A stretch of 64,000 nt of DNA, taken from the sequence record OQ828465.1. The stretch is one strand, 5' to 3'. Position 1 is the first letter of the stretch; every line of letters starts with the position of its first letter. The notes beneath the pieces were generated by a model. It was given only the letters and a program-made list of their open reading frames with translations. It was not told the DNA's origin and searched no databases. The translations under genes and the position numbers were made by a program. This document shows positions 28,223 to 37,321 of the stretch, one piece after another.

Positions 28223-29323
28223 ATGAATTATCGTAATAGCAAACTTACGTTAGTCCAGCAGAAGTGGATTGATCGTTTTATCTCCATTGCTATGGAGGTT
28301 GATAATGGCCGTGCAATTTCCAATGCATATCGCTATACTCTTAATGAACAGGGAATTAGTTCAGATAGTGAAGATCTACGTATTCACTATCCTTTTGGAG
28401 TTGATAGAAAAGAATTCATCAAAGAACAAATTTACAAACTATGTGATGAAGTTATAAGCCCTTTAAATCTGAAAGCATTCAGAATTAGTGGTGGTTTTGC
28501 ATTACTAGATGATGAAGGAATCATTGGTTTCCTAATGAATGGAATGGAAGGTACCACTAGTCAGAACTTTAGATTATACTCCAATGAAGAACTGATCAAA
28601 GTATTTAAATTACGTTTTGAAGAAGTATTTGATCAGACTCGTCCACCTAGTATTAAAAGAATTCGGGTTAACTATCAAAATAATGAACTATATAGCTTTA
28701 GTGAAGTTATTTCTGTTCGTAACTACAATCCAAATATGATGGAAATGTATCCATTCCTAGATCGATCTCCAGCTGAAATCTGGACTGAATTCGCTGCATC
28801 TGAATCTAATGTTCTACTATTGATTGGTCCTCCTGGTACTGGTAAGTCTAATTATATCAATGAGATTATTCGGGCTCGTGGTTATAATGATCGTAATGTG
28901 TATCTAGCTGATCAAGATGATGTACTTGGCCACGCCGGTTTGACTAATTTTATTCGTGGTGTTGAGGATAATTCACTCATTATTACAGAAGACTCTGATA
29001 AAATGGTGGCTAAACGTGTAGATGGTAATAGTAATATGTCAGGGCTATTAAATGCTACAGCTGGTCTAGTATCTACTAAGACCAAGATTATCATTTCTAC
29101 TAATCTTCCGACTCTTCGTGATGTTGATGAAGCTTTAGTTCGACCTGGCCGTGCTTTCGATATTCTTACCTTCAAAACACTTACTGCTGAACAAGCGAAT
29201 GCAGCTCGTTTAGCTAATGGTCTAGATCCAGTTGAGTTTGTCGGTAATAATCTTACTTTAGCTGAAGCATTGAATACTAGTTCTTGCAGTAGCCCACGCA
29301 AAGCAAGTCGTGTAGGTTTCTAA
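28223..29323 (+). CDS. AAA+ ATPase
   Basis: Walker A GPPGTGKS, Walker B-like IITEDSD, SRH DEALVRPGRAFD. Confidence 0.9.
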   Translation: MNYRNSKLTLVQQKWIDRFISIAMEVDNGRAISNAYRYTLNEQGISSDSEDLRIHYPFGVDRKEFIKEQIYKLCDEVISPLNLKAFRISGGFALLDDEGIIGFLMNGMEGTTSQNFRLYSNEELIKVFKLRFEEVFDQTRPPSIKRIRVNYQNNELYSFSEVISVRNYNPNMMEMYPFLDRSPAEIWTEFAASESNVLLLIGPPGTGKSNYINEIIRARGYNDRNVYLADQDDVLGHAGLTNFIRGVEDNSLIITEDSDKMVAKRVDGNSNMSGLLNATAGLVSTKTKIIISTNLPTLRDVDEALVRPGRAFDILTFKTLTAEQANAARLANGLDPVEFVGNNLTLAEALNTSSCSSPRKASRVGF

Positions 29324-29430
29324 GGAAAAGTAAGCTGCTTTTAAACTAGCGAAGAAACATGAATTCCAACGTGTTATTTATAATCCTGATGACCTTAAAG
29401 TAAAGCATTATTTCACATACGGAGATCAGC

Positions 29431-30033
29431 ATGCAGCGCAATAATGACCCGCAGCAAGTAATCATGTCGATTGAGATGTACAATAGCCTACTGGCTATGG
29501 CTAATGATTCACCTCATTACACGACAAAACTTATCCAACGTCACGTGCGAAAGATGAATCCTTTTTTACAACCTGCACATCTAAAGAATGTCAGAACTAA
29601 GGAAGCTATTCGGTCCCAACGTATTCGTGAAGCTCGGGCTTTCTTCGAAGCCAATCATAGAAAAATTCTGTACGCAAAGGTTGATATGGGTAACTGTAAA
29701 AAAGGAGATGATCCGGTTTACTTCCCATGCATATCTGAACGTATTGCCAAGAATAGACAACTAATCCAAGTTCGTCATGCCAATGAAGTTGGTTATGGAC
29801 GGTGCATCCGGTTGGTAGAGGCTAAATATCTCACAACCATTATTCCTGATGGATATATCCAAGGAACTGGGCCGTATAAAAAATATCTTGTTAAAGAGAA
29901 TGGTCCTTACGATATCCGTGAACAAGAAGAAAAACGTAAACAAGCTTTTTCGAGTGAGATAGCTAAGAAGTTTGAGTTCAAACATGATTCTTACGATATG
30001 GATAATCTCAAAAAGAATTATTATACACAATGA
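29431..30033 (+). CDS. Hypothetical basic protein (paralog of 54398..54781)
   Basis: 200-aa ORF with GGAG SD. Confidence 0.8.
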   Translation: MQRNNDPQQVIMSIEMYNSLLAMANDSPHYTTKLIQRHVRKMNPFLQPAHLKNVRTKEAIRSQRIREARAFFEANHRKILYAKVDMGNCKKGDDPVYFPCISERIAKNRQLIQVRHANEVGYGRCIRLVEAKYLTTIIPDGYIQGTGPYKKYLVKENGPYDIREQEEKRKQAFSSEIAKKFEFKHDSYDMDNLKKNYYTQ

Positions 30034-30160
30034 GATTAGTATAAATGGACATTAGTTTATCTCCAGTATGAGTATTCCAACTTCTTAAATATTACTAAAG
30101 AGCAGACTATGAATATATCAGTGTTTGCTCTTTGGAGGTAATTACTCTGGAGCATCTAAT

Positions 30161-30493
30161 ATGTGTGCAATTCCTGTAATACCTGTATCAAATGACATCA
30201 CTGTTATTAAGCCAGGTGATACAGTTTGGTCAACAGGTGTTCTCGGTATGAAAGCATCCTGTGAGCATCCACCAGCGCTATTCTGTATACGGGGTGATGA
30301 ACTTGAAGTTCTAGAAATTAGCCCTCCCACGGAATATGAGAAAAAAGCAATGTATAAGTGCCGCTTAAAAAGAGGCACTGGTCATTTCTGGATCTATCGT
30401 AGTGGGTTTACTAAAATAAAGCCATTTAATCACAATATGACTGGTTATGAGTTTTGGGATGGTGAGAAAATTAGAGAATATGGTGGGCATTAG
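30161..30493 (+). CDS. Hypothetical SH3-like small beta protein (ATG 30161 preferred)
   Basis: GGAG SD; KPGDTV...GDELEVLEI pattern. Confidence 0.65.
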   Translation: MCAIPVIPVSNDITVIKPGDTVWSTGVLGMKASCEHPPALFCIRGDELEVLEISPPTEYEKKAMYKCRLKRGTGHFWIYRSGFTKIKPFNHNMTGYEFWDGEKIREYGGH

Positions 30494-30504
30494 AGTAAAA
30501 GAAA

Positions 30505-30630
30505 ATGGCTAGCGAAAATAATAAATCAGACATGCAACATGAACAAGAAGAACCACCCATATTCAAAATGCTTTTTCTAAGTGCAGTTATAGGTGGATCA
30601 TTATGGGAAATAATTAGACAGTGGTTTTAG
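30505..30630 (+). CDS. Small membrane protein, 41 aa, absent from the ORF track
   Basis: MASENNKSDMQHEQEEPPIFKMLFLSAVIGGSLWEIIRQWF, with a C-terminal hydrophobic helix. Confidence 0.55.
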   Translation: MASENNKSDMQHEQEEPPIFKMLFLSAVIGGSLWEIIRQWF

Positions 30631-30664
30631 CCACTGTCTTTATAATGTATTTTGAGTTATAAAA

Positions 30665-30829
30665 ATGTCCATAGAAAAAGCCTATTCCAATTTAATAGCT
30701 TCAATTAAAACAGTTAGAAAACATTTTCCTAAATTAATTCAAGAGAAGAATTTAGATGAGGAATTACGACGGGAGTTTACGACTCCTATTCAATTCGACC
30801 CGACTAAGAAATCGGGAAACTCCTTTTGA
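30665..30829 (+). CDS. Small hypothetical protein, 54 aa (MSIEKAYSNL...KKSGNSF), absent from the ORF track
   Basis: Translated by hand; ends in TCC TTT TGA and overlaps a +1-frame ORF. Confidence 0.5.
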   Translation: MSIEKAYSNLIASIKTVRKHFPKLIQEKNLDEELRREFTTPIQFDPTKKSGNSF

Positions 30830-31013
30830 TAACGAACAGTCAGAAATGGATAAGTTAAAACCAATCGATGACTTTTGGAAAACTAAAACAATTAAACCAT
30901 CAGATGCTTATTTAGAAAGAAAGAATGAGCAACTAAAGATGATTAATCCGCATAAAGTTTATAATCCATTCAATGAAAAAGATACGGTATTAAAACCTAT
31001 TTCTAAATTATAA
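30756..31013 (+). CDS. Hypothetical protein (true start uncertain: 30846, or reached by +1 frameshift)
   Basis: Open frame that fills the gap; weak SD. Confidence 0.5.
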   Translation: MRNYDGSLRLLFNSTRLRNRETPFDNEQSEMDKLKPIDDFWKTKTIKPSDAYLERKNEQLKMINPHKVYNPFNEKDTVLKPISKL

Positions 31014-31025
31014 AAAGGATTTACT

Positions 31026-31445
31026 ATGAAACAAGATCATCAATTCTGGCATGATAAACCATTTTCAGAAAATGAAGTTAGGAAGAAACTTGGCGGATCG
31101 CCATTATCCAAACTAAGTACAGAACAGATTTTAGAAGAGTGGCGAACAGAACATATTGAACGTAATACTCCTTTAAGTAAAAGGCTATATGACATTCGTA
31201 ATAAAGCCATCAATGATTACTCACTTACTGATAATCAACAAGTTAATAATTTGTTGCAATGTGCAGTGGATCAAGTCTTAGCAGATGTGATCATTATGTT
31301 AGATGGTTCAGTGCCACATAAGCAATTTCAAATTTCTGAATATGAAATTGAAATGGACAGTAAGGAATTATCGATTAAAGAACATACTCGTCCAATAACT
31401 GAAGATCTACTAAAAAATTATTTTGAATTGGTGAATGGCAAATGA
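31026..31445 (+). CDS. Hypothetical protein (related to the 57209/57940 family)
   Basis: 139-aa ORF with AAGGA SD. Confidence 0.8.
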   Translation: MKQDHQFWHDKPFSENEVRKKLGGSPLSKLSTEQILEEWRTEHIERNTPLSKRLYDIRNKAINDYSLTDNQQVNNLLQCAVDQVLADVIIMLDGSVPHKQFQISEYEIEMDSKELSIKEHTRPITEDLLKNYFELVNGK

Positions 31446-31786
31446 CTGAACGTATTCATTACTCAGATCGTAAGTTACCGCTGTGTTTTAAAGGTGTTTA
31501 TGACATTCCAGTTGTAACCATCGAAAACTATTGTAAGTGGTATGGTCTTAATATTGTCTATCCAGATGGGCGTGTTGAATGGGTTGACACTGATTTACTT
31601 GCTGAAATAGAACGGGAAAGCAAGTTCGCAGTAATGGGTGATCACAACTATCATCCAATTCTGCTGGACAAAGTAGCTGAGAAGATTGGCGGGGCGGCAT
31701 GTGATGTTGCACGTGAGTTGATGACTGGCCGTTGGGTACTAGAGGTTATGGACGGTGAAATCCCTGGTCAAGAAAAATTCTGTTAA
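31442..31786 (+). CDS. Hypothetical protein
   Basis: 114-aa ORF with ATGA overlap. Confidence 0.75.
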   Translation: MTERIHYSDRKLPLCFKGVYDIPVVTIENYCKWYGLNIVYPDGRVEWVDTDLLAEIERESKFAVMGDHNYHPILLDKVAEKIGGAACDVARELMTGRWVLEVMDGEIPGQEKFC

Positions 31787-31799
31787 ATGGATGATTAAA

Positions 31800-32339
31800 A
31801 TGGGTATTGATGTTTTCCCTGTAGTTACCAAACGTTCCACACGTTCTTCAGATGGTGCACGTGTACTTAAATTCATTGACATGCATACATGCGAGGCTCT
31901 TAACTTTAGCCGTTGCTATTATCTTTGGGATTGGTTAACCGATAATAATGAGTATACCAACCGATTCTGTCGACCGACTCTTAAAGGCTGTGGATTTGGT
32001 ACACTCGTCAGTGATGACTCGCATCCAGTATGGAACAACTTTGAAGGTCGCCTTTCACAAATTGTCAATTCCAAACAGGACAATCTAACACCGTACGCCT
32101 ATTATAGTGAAGATGGTTGGTACCCACTTACAATGATCTTCAATATGGAAGACCTCTGGAACTTCGATTATGATCAGAAGCCAACGATGTTCGATCAAGA
32201 TGTTAATGGTGAAGTCATTTCGGAAAAAACCTATCGCCAGCTATTTTTGAGCAATGGTGTGGATGATGGTTATTTCAAGTTCCTGGAAGAAACTAAAAAG
32301 ATGGAGTGTGTTCACTTCATCGCCCGATTCTGGGGATGA
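31800..32339 (+). CDS. Hypothetical protein (ATG 31800, MGIDV, preferred)
   Basis: Avoids a long overlap with the upstream ORF; GGA upstream. Confidence 0.7.
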   Translation: MGIDVFPVVTKRSTRSSDGARVLKFIDMHTCEALNFSRCYYLWDWLTDNNEYTNRFCRPTLKGCGFGTLVSDDSHPVWNNFEGRLSQIVNSKQDNLTPYAYYSEDGWYPLTMIFNMEDLWNFDYDQKPTMFDQDVNGEVISEKTYRQLFLSNGVDDGYFKFLEETKKMECVHFIARFWG

Positions 32340-32362
32340 TTACTTAACAGGAAAAGTTAAAA

Positions 32363-32932
32363 ATGGCTATTCTATCTGATAAAACAATCACTGACTTATC
32401 TAAAGGTCGTGAACCAATGATTACGGATTTCATTGGTCACCAGGTCCGTGAAAAAGATGGTAAAAAGATTATTAGTTATGGGCTTAGTTCATATGGGTAC
32501 GATGTAAGGCTAGCCCGTAATTTTAAGATCTTTTCTAATGTAACAAGTGCAGTTATTGACCCATTAGACCCTAGTGATGGATTCTTAGTAGATTGGACTG
32601 GTGATTATTGTATTATTCCACCTAACAGTTATATTCTTGGTCATACTGTAGAATCGTTTAATATTCCAGATGATGTCCTAGCTATTTGCACAGGTAAATC
32701 AACCTATGCACGACTAGGTGCAATTGTTAATGTCACTCCTATTGAACCAGGTTTCAAAGGACAAGTCGTTATTGAGATTGCAAACTGCACTACACTACCT
32801 CTAAAAATTTATGCTGATATGGGTATTGCTCAGTTTATGTTCTTTAGAGGTGATGCCCCATGTGAAGTTAGTTATGCAAAACGTAATGGTAAATATCAAA
32901 ATCAAATTGGTATCACAACAGCGAGACTTTAA
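32363..32932 (+). CDS. dcd: dCTP deaminase (gp214-like)
   Basis: ISYGLSSYGYDVRL, GKSTYARLG, TPIEPGFKGQVVIEI and YAKRNGKYQNQ motifs. Confidence 0.95.
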   Translation: MAILSDKTITDLSKGREPMITDFIGHQVREKDGKKIISYGLSSYGYDVRLARNFKIFSNVTSAVIDPLDPSDGFLVDWTGDYCIIPPNSYILGHTVESFNIPDDVLAICTGKSTYARLGAIVNVTPIEPGFKGQVVIEIANCTTLPLKIYADMGIAQFMFFRGDAPCEVSYAKRNGKYQNQIGITTARL

Positions 32933-32934
32933 TA

Positions 32935-33171
32935 ATGCTTAGTCCTAACCAAGAAAAGTTTGTCAGTCGGCTAACTGAAATTACAAAGGCATCTGATTCA
33001 GAACTTTGTGCAGTTAATGATACAATCTCATTTGATATTTCAACTGATAACATGCATGCTGAATTCTTTAATTTGGTTGCTGAACTGCATTTTAAGATTG
33101 TTCATATGTTTCCAATTAACCAATATAACACTCGTTATCGGGTTGTTATTCATGAACCATTCTATCTATGA
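32935..33171 (+). CDS. Hypothetical protein
   Basis: 78-aa ORF immediately after dcd. Confidence 0.65.
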   Translation: MLSPNQEKFVSRLTEITKASDSELCAVNDTISFDISTDNMHAEFFNLVAELHFKIVHMFPINQYNTRYRVVIHEPFYL

Positions 33172-33196
33172 TTGACCAACATAGTGGTTTATACAT

Positions 33197-33234
33197 TCAA
33201 AGCATTTTAAACAGTATATCACAAATGTGATATA
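33197..33234 (+). promoter_or_regulatory. Early promoter variant (TATATCAC) inside a perfect 20-bp palindrome
   Basis: AAAGCATTTTAAACAG-TATATCACA-AA-TGTGATATA; near-identical to the promoter at 58.8 kb. Confidence 0.7.
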
Positions 33235-33261
33235 ATCAACATATATAGGAGATTCTAATAC

Positions 33262-33738
33262 ATGTCACGCAATACTATTTCTTCCTGGAGTGAACTTGGT
33301 TCAATGCTGGGTGTACAGCCGAAGCCGGTTCAGAAGAAACAGAAAAATCGAGCTAAAAAGAATCATGAAGCTGCGGTTCGTAAAAATTCTAGGGAAACCT
33401 TTATGGACATTGCTGCAAAACAAACTAAATCAAGTCCTAACTTCCGTAAGAACAAACAAAAAGATGTTCGTCATTGCAGTGTATGTGATAATATTAAACT
33501 AAAAGAAAATGGTATCGAAGAAGGGCGGGCCAAACCAATTGGTATGACCGAATTAGCTAAGTTCAAAGTTGAGCTAGCAAAAAATGGTCTTGAGCTATTC
33601 GGTTGTGAAGTACGTAAGCAAGAATCTTTTGCAGATGCATTTTATGGTAATAATACCATTTGTGAAGAAACTGCAAAGCTGATTAAAGCATACCAGGAAG
33701 AGTTTGATTCAGTCTTCCGCCGCGCTATTACTGCCTAA
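33262..33738 (+). CDS. Hypothetical early basic protein
   Basis: 158-aa ORF with AGGAG SD, flanked by a promoter and a terminator. Confidence 0.85.
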   Translation: MSRNTISSWSELGSMLGVQPKPVQKKQKNRAKKNHEAAVRKNSRETFMDIAAKQTKSSPNFRKNKQKDVRHCSVCDNIKLKENGIEEGRAKPIGMTELAKFKVELAKNGLELFGCEVRKQESFADAFYGNNTICEETAKLIKAYQEEFDSVFRRAITA

Positions 33739-33744
33739 CGATAT

Positions 33745-33766
33745 AGGGGACCTTCTGGTCCCCTTA
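33745..33766 (+). terminator. Terminator-like hairpin
   Basis: AGGGGACC-TTCT-GGTCCCCT. Confidence 0.7.
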
Positions 33767-33795
33767 GTCATTATTATTTTTTTTGGATTTTAGCT

Positions 33796-33987
33796 ATGGA
33801 TGATATTGAAAAGAAAATAGCCAAAATGGAAGCTCTATTTAGGTACCATGGTATTACCGTTGATATTAACCATAAGTTGAAACCTAATGCTAAGACAAAA
33901 TTAACTCGTGCGGAAATTAACCGATTACAAATACAATATGATAAGCTTTTAGCTGAACGCGAAGAAGCTTTAAAAGCAATTCCTTAA
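33796..33987 (+). CDS. Small hypothetical protein
   Basis: 63-aa ORF. Confidence 0.65.
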   Translation: MDDIEKKIAKMEALFRYHGITVDINHKLKPNAKTKLTRAEINRLQIQYDKLLAEREEALKAIP

Positions 33988-33991
33988 ATTA

Positions 33992-34222
33992 TTGAGGATT
34001 TATAAAATGTTCAAGCGCGTTATGAGATATATTCGTGTTTTGAAATTAATTGTTATTTTCTATGTTAGGCGACAACTGGGTTTACACGATTATTGTACAC
34101 GAAAAAATACAATTGCATTAGATCGTGAAAATAATAAACGTGTTCAAATAAATGCTATTTCTCGTAAAGTCGAAGAAGCATTATTTAAAGTTGAACTAGC
34201 TGCGATAATGAGTAAGCGGTAA
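33992..34222 (+). CDS. Small hypothetical protein (start may be ATG 34006)
   Basis: Basic ORF; GAGGA SD precedes the internal ATG. Confidence 0.6.
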   Translation: MRIYKMFKRVMRYIRVLKLIVIFYVRRQLGLHDYCTRKNTIALDRENNKRVQINAISRKVEEALFKVELAAIMSKR

Positions 34223-34234
34223 TGTTGTCATAAA

Positions 34235-34279
34235 GCCCTCCCTTCGGGGAGGGCTATTGCACTAAATTTTATTTGAGAT
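34235..34279 (+). repeat. 45-bp terminator-promoter cassette, copy 1 (identical to 49356..49400)
   Basis: GCCCTCCCTTCGGGGAGGGCTATTGCACTAAATTTTATTTGAGAT, followed by the promoter variant TACATTAT. Confidence 0.9.
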
Positions 34280-34332
34280 CTACATTATAGATTAGCATAT
34301 ACTAATGGAAACATCTACATGAGGTAATTATC

Positions 34333-34632
34333 GTGAACGAAGCTATTATTTCACTGGACCGCAGAGGAGCCCATCATTTAGGATCTCGCGGTTATCCAAT
34401 TAGATCAATTGGAGATGTTACAGTATTTGATTTGAATCATAATCAACTATATCCCAAAATCCATTCTCTTAAAGATCAAAATCATGATGGATGGCACTCC
34501 ATTAGTGTTGATGATGAAAATGGAGTAACAGCATATACGTTTGTTTTGAATATGGATCTTAATCTAGGATGGCTAAGACCTAAGCAGCCTAATGTTGGTG
34601 GTGGATATATCAAAATCAAATTTGAACAATAA
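34333..34632 (+). CDS. Hypothetical protein (GTG start)
   Basis: 99-aa ORF with GAGGT SD. Confidence 0.75.
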   Translation: MNEAIISLDRRGAHHLGSRGYPIRSIGDVTVFDLNHNQLYPKIHSLKDQNHDGWHSISVDDENGVTAYTFVLNMDLNLGWLRPKQPNVGGGYIKIKFEQ

Positions 34633-34681
34633 GCGGTGTGTACACCGCTTTTATTCCGTGTTTATACTCAAAAGGTAATTT

Positions 34682-35815
34682 ATGATTATGTTTAAGTACT
34701 TAAAAAATGTTATTGATATTTTTAACAAACCAAAAAAGGTAGATACATTAGAACAAAAGATAGCTAATCTAAATGATAAATACATCAGAGAAAATGTAGA
34801 TGTTGATCAAATTGATATTCTGTCAGGTTATTTCACAGGAATGCTATCTGGGAAATTACATGATCGAAGTTTAGTATGGGGTTATTATACCAAAGAAACT
34901 AAGACATGGATGATTTATTTTGTTGAACAAAATTTTGATTCATTCATGTATAAAGTAACTAATAATTCATTAGATATTATTAATCTAACTGATATAGAAG
35001 ATCTTAAATTATTCTATTTCTCTAATGAACAATACATACCTGTAAATACACCAATCAATAGTGATCTAAATGTGGCTGTAATTTTCACATCAAAACCACT
35101 CACTAAGGATTTCATTGATCCATCTTTAATAGATCAAGTTAAATCAGTTAATAGTAATTACAAGATTGTGATGGATGGGTTATCTGATAATTCCAAATTT
35201 GATAGTAACCCAATAACTCTAATTGTAGAGTCTTATGAAGCAGATGGTGATATCGTCGTAGTTGAACTAACTAATGGTACAACTGTGGCCATCAATAGAA
35301 AACTACTTAATATGTTTATGTATCAGTCAAGAATAGTTGATACATGTAATAACTCAAAAGTGCTTATAGATTTCAATGGACGGCTAAAGTTCACACCTAT
35401 GGAGAATCATTTAGGTGGTATAAATAGTGCAATGCATTATTGGTCAAGTAATGGAATTATCAAAATTAGGTGTGACTATAGTATCATATTAGATCTAGAT
35501 AAGTTTCCAGAGATTGTTAATCATATTGGAAACTGGATACATATTGAAGCTAAAACAATTGCAAAAGTAATTGACTCGGTTGTGGTACCATACTTAACAA
35601 ATGGGGAGCTTAGTACGCTCATTGTTGATTTAGATAATGTCGATATTCAGTATCGTGGTTTAACATTATCTGGTAATATCAGCTTGCGTGATCGTTTAGA
35701 TAAATGCAAAATCAAACTGATAAATCCATCAACTGATCCATATGAGATACCTAGTCTAAATGGTAAACGTGATGTCCATGGTTTTTATAGAGTAGATGGA
35801 AGTTTATTAAAATGA
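34682..35815 (+). CDS. Hypothetical protein
   Basis: 377-aa ORF with AAGGT SD. Confidence 0.8.
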   Translation: MIMFKYLKNVIDIFNKPKKVDTLEQKIANLNDKYIRENVDVDQIDILSGYFTGMLSGKLHDRSLVWGYYTKETKTWMIYFVEQNFDSFMYKVTNNSLDIINLTDIEDLKLFYFSNEQYIPVNTPINSDLNVAVIFTSKPLTKDFIDPSLIDQVKSVNSNYKIVMDGLSDNSKFDSNPITLIVESYEADGDIVVVELTNGTTVAINRKLLNMFMYQSRIVDTCNNSKVLIDFNGRLKFTPMENHLGGINSAMHYWSSNGIIKIRCDYSIILDLDKFPEIVNHIGNWIHIEAKTIAKVIDSVVVPYLTNGELSTLIVDLDNVDIQYRGLTLSGNISLRDRLDKCKIKLINPSTDPYEIPSLNGKRDVHGFYRVDGSLLK

Positions 35816-36282
35816 TTAAATTAGTGATTAGTCTTTTTTATAAAATAGTTAATGAAAAGATGTCACCCACATATAAGAAATTAGTTACATTAGATAGAAA
35901 TGGATACATTTTCAATAATAAACAAGATCTGTATTCGATTAATCTTTCACTCTATCTTGAACTTATTCATTCAGTGACGAATGACTATATTGTTCAAGAA
36001 ATTATAATGTGTCTAAGTTCTAAGCCACAAGCAGTGAAAGAACTATTCCTTGAAGACCTAAGTACTAATAATCAACTACATTATTCATTGTTAGCTTGTA
36101 AAATAATGAATGAGAGGAAAATCATTAATAAGAATATTAATAAAGCGTGTGCTAAAAATATGGCTACTTTTTTAAAGGGCTATTTCCCAAGAGACTACTT
36201 CACTTGGTATAGTTGTCTCTATTTAGCGCTATCGGCTAAAAGTAAAGCTGAGAATAACAAAGTATCTGTTATTAATGAGTAA
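35812..36282 (+). CDS. Hypothetical protein
   Basis: 156-aa ORF with ATGA overlap. Confidence 0.7.
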   Translation: MIKLVISLFYKIVNEKMSPTYKKLVTLDRNGYIFNNKQDLYSINLSLYLELIHSVTNDYIVQEIIMCLSSKPQAVKELFLEDLSTNNQLHYSLLACKIMNERKIINKNINKACAKNMATFLKGYFPRDYFTWYSCLYLALSAKSKAENNKVSVINE

Positions 36283-36384
36283 ATACAATACTATGTAGTA
36301 GTATTTCTATTACGTACCTTTCGAGGCATATACTCCATGACTTATGTTGTGGGGTATATGTGTTATAATGTTTAAGAGGTTAAA

Positions 36385-36732
36385 ATGCAAAAGCAACTAA
36401 ATTCTGATGATCTAGATGTTCTTGACTCCTTTAATGCAGCATGGGAAATTGTTAAGGAAGAACATACTGATCTATTCTCACGTATAGCGATGATGGCTAT
36501 TAATAAGTTAACTGATGATGATATCTCAGTCAATGATACTAAAGTAAGTATTCAACAAGTAGTTAATTTCCATGAGCGAATTCGAGATATCATTCCTAGC
36601 TCTGAGATTGTTAATCTTACGATTGTTAAAACTATCTTAGGTGAAATGAATGGTTGGTTAGAATTTGATGAACTTAATGAAGAACTATTTACAGCTTTAG
36701 GCAAAGCTTATAGCACTGTTAACTTTAATTGA
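36385..36732 (+). CDS. Hypothetical acidic helical protein
   Basis: 115-aa ORF with GAGGT SD. Confidence 0.8.
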   Translation: MQKQLNSDDLDVLDSFNAAWEIVKEEHTDLFSRIAMMAINKLTDDDISVNDTKVSIQQVVNFHERIRDIIPSSEIVNLTIVKTILGEMNGWLEFDELNEELFTALGKAYSTVNFN

Positions 36733-36800
36733 TCATTAATATGAAAATTAAAACAATATAAGTGAGGCATGTGCCTCACTACATAGTAGAGGACTAACAC

Positions 36801-37133
36801 ATGCAGATTCAATTAGATCCATTAATGGTTTACCATGGTAGCACTAGATCTTTATTTAATGAAGATTCTAGTTTAAATGTTGTTGATGTAAGGGGCATTC
36901 AATTAAATGCTGAAGGGATAGCTGATAACAAAAATTACTATTTTGATTATGGACGTAAGAAAGATGATGATGGTGAAATACTCACTATTTACGTACATGA
37001 TCGAAATGTAGCTAAAGATTTTATTGTACTGTACGTTGAATTCCATTTAGGCACACATAAATTTCATACGTATGTACATCCACAATATCGGCATAAATTT
37101 CCAGTATTAGTACTGGAGTTATTATTCGTTTAA
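36801..37133 (+). CDS. Hypothetical protein
   Basis: 110-aa ORF with GAGGA SD. Confidence 0.8.
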   Translation: MQIQLDPLMVYHGSTRSLFNEDSSLNVVDVRGIQLNAEGIADNKNYYFDYGRKKDDDGEILTIYVHDRNVAKDFIVLYVEFHLGTHKFHTYVHPQYRHKFPVLVLELLFV

Positions 37134-37138
37134 TATTA

Positions 37139-37170
37139 AGGGACTCTTAATGAGAGTCCCTATTTATTTT
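37139..37170 (+). terminator. Intrinsic terminator
   Basis: AGGGACTCT-TAATG-AGAGTCCCT-ATTTATTTT. Confidence 0.8.
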
Positions 37171-37184
37171 GCGTAAGTGTATAT

Positions 37185-37283
37185 ATGAAAAAGAAAGCAT
37201 TTATTGAAACTAGTCTAAAATATTCAAACACCAAATATAACAAAGCGATCATCTGTAATGAAATAAAATTCAAACGGTACTAA
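37185..37283 (+). CDS. Possible 32-aa basic peptide (MKKKAFIETSLKYSNTKYNKAIICNEIKFKRY)
   Basis: Fills the intergenic gap; no clear SD. Confidence 0.3.
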   Translation: MKKKAFIETSLKYSNTKYNKAIICNEIKFKRY

Positions 37284-37321
37284 ACATACTAACCCTATGA
37301 ATTAAAACGCACGGTGGTTGT

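Noticed and set aside
30813-30820. G GGA AAC -1 slippery heptamer in ORF 30665
   Set aside because: The -1 frame stops after about 14 codons; the long overlapping frame is +1
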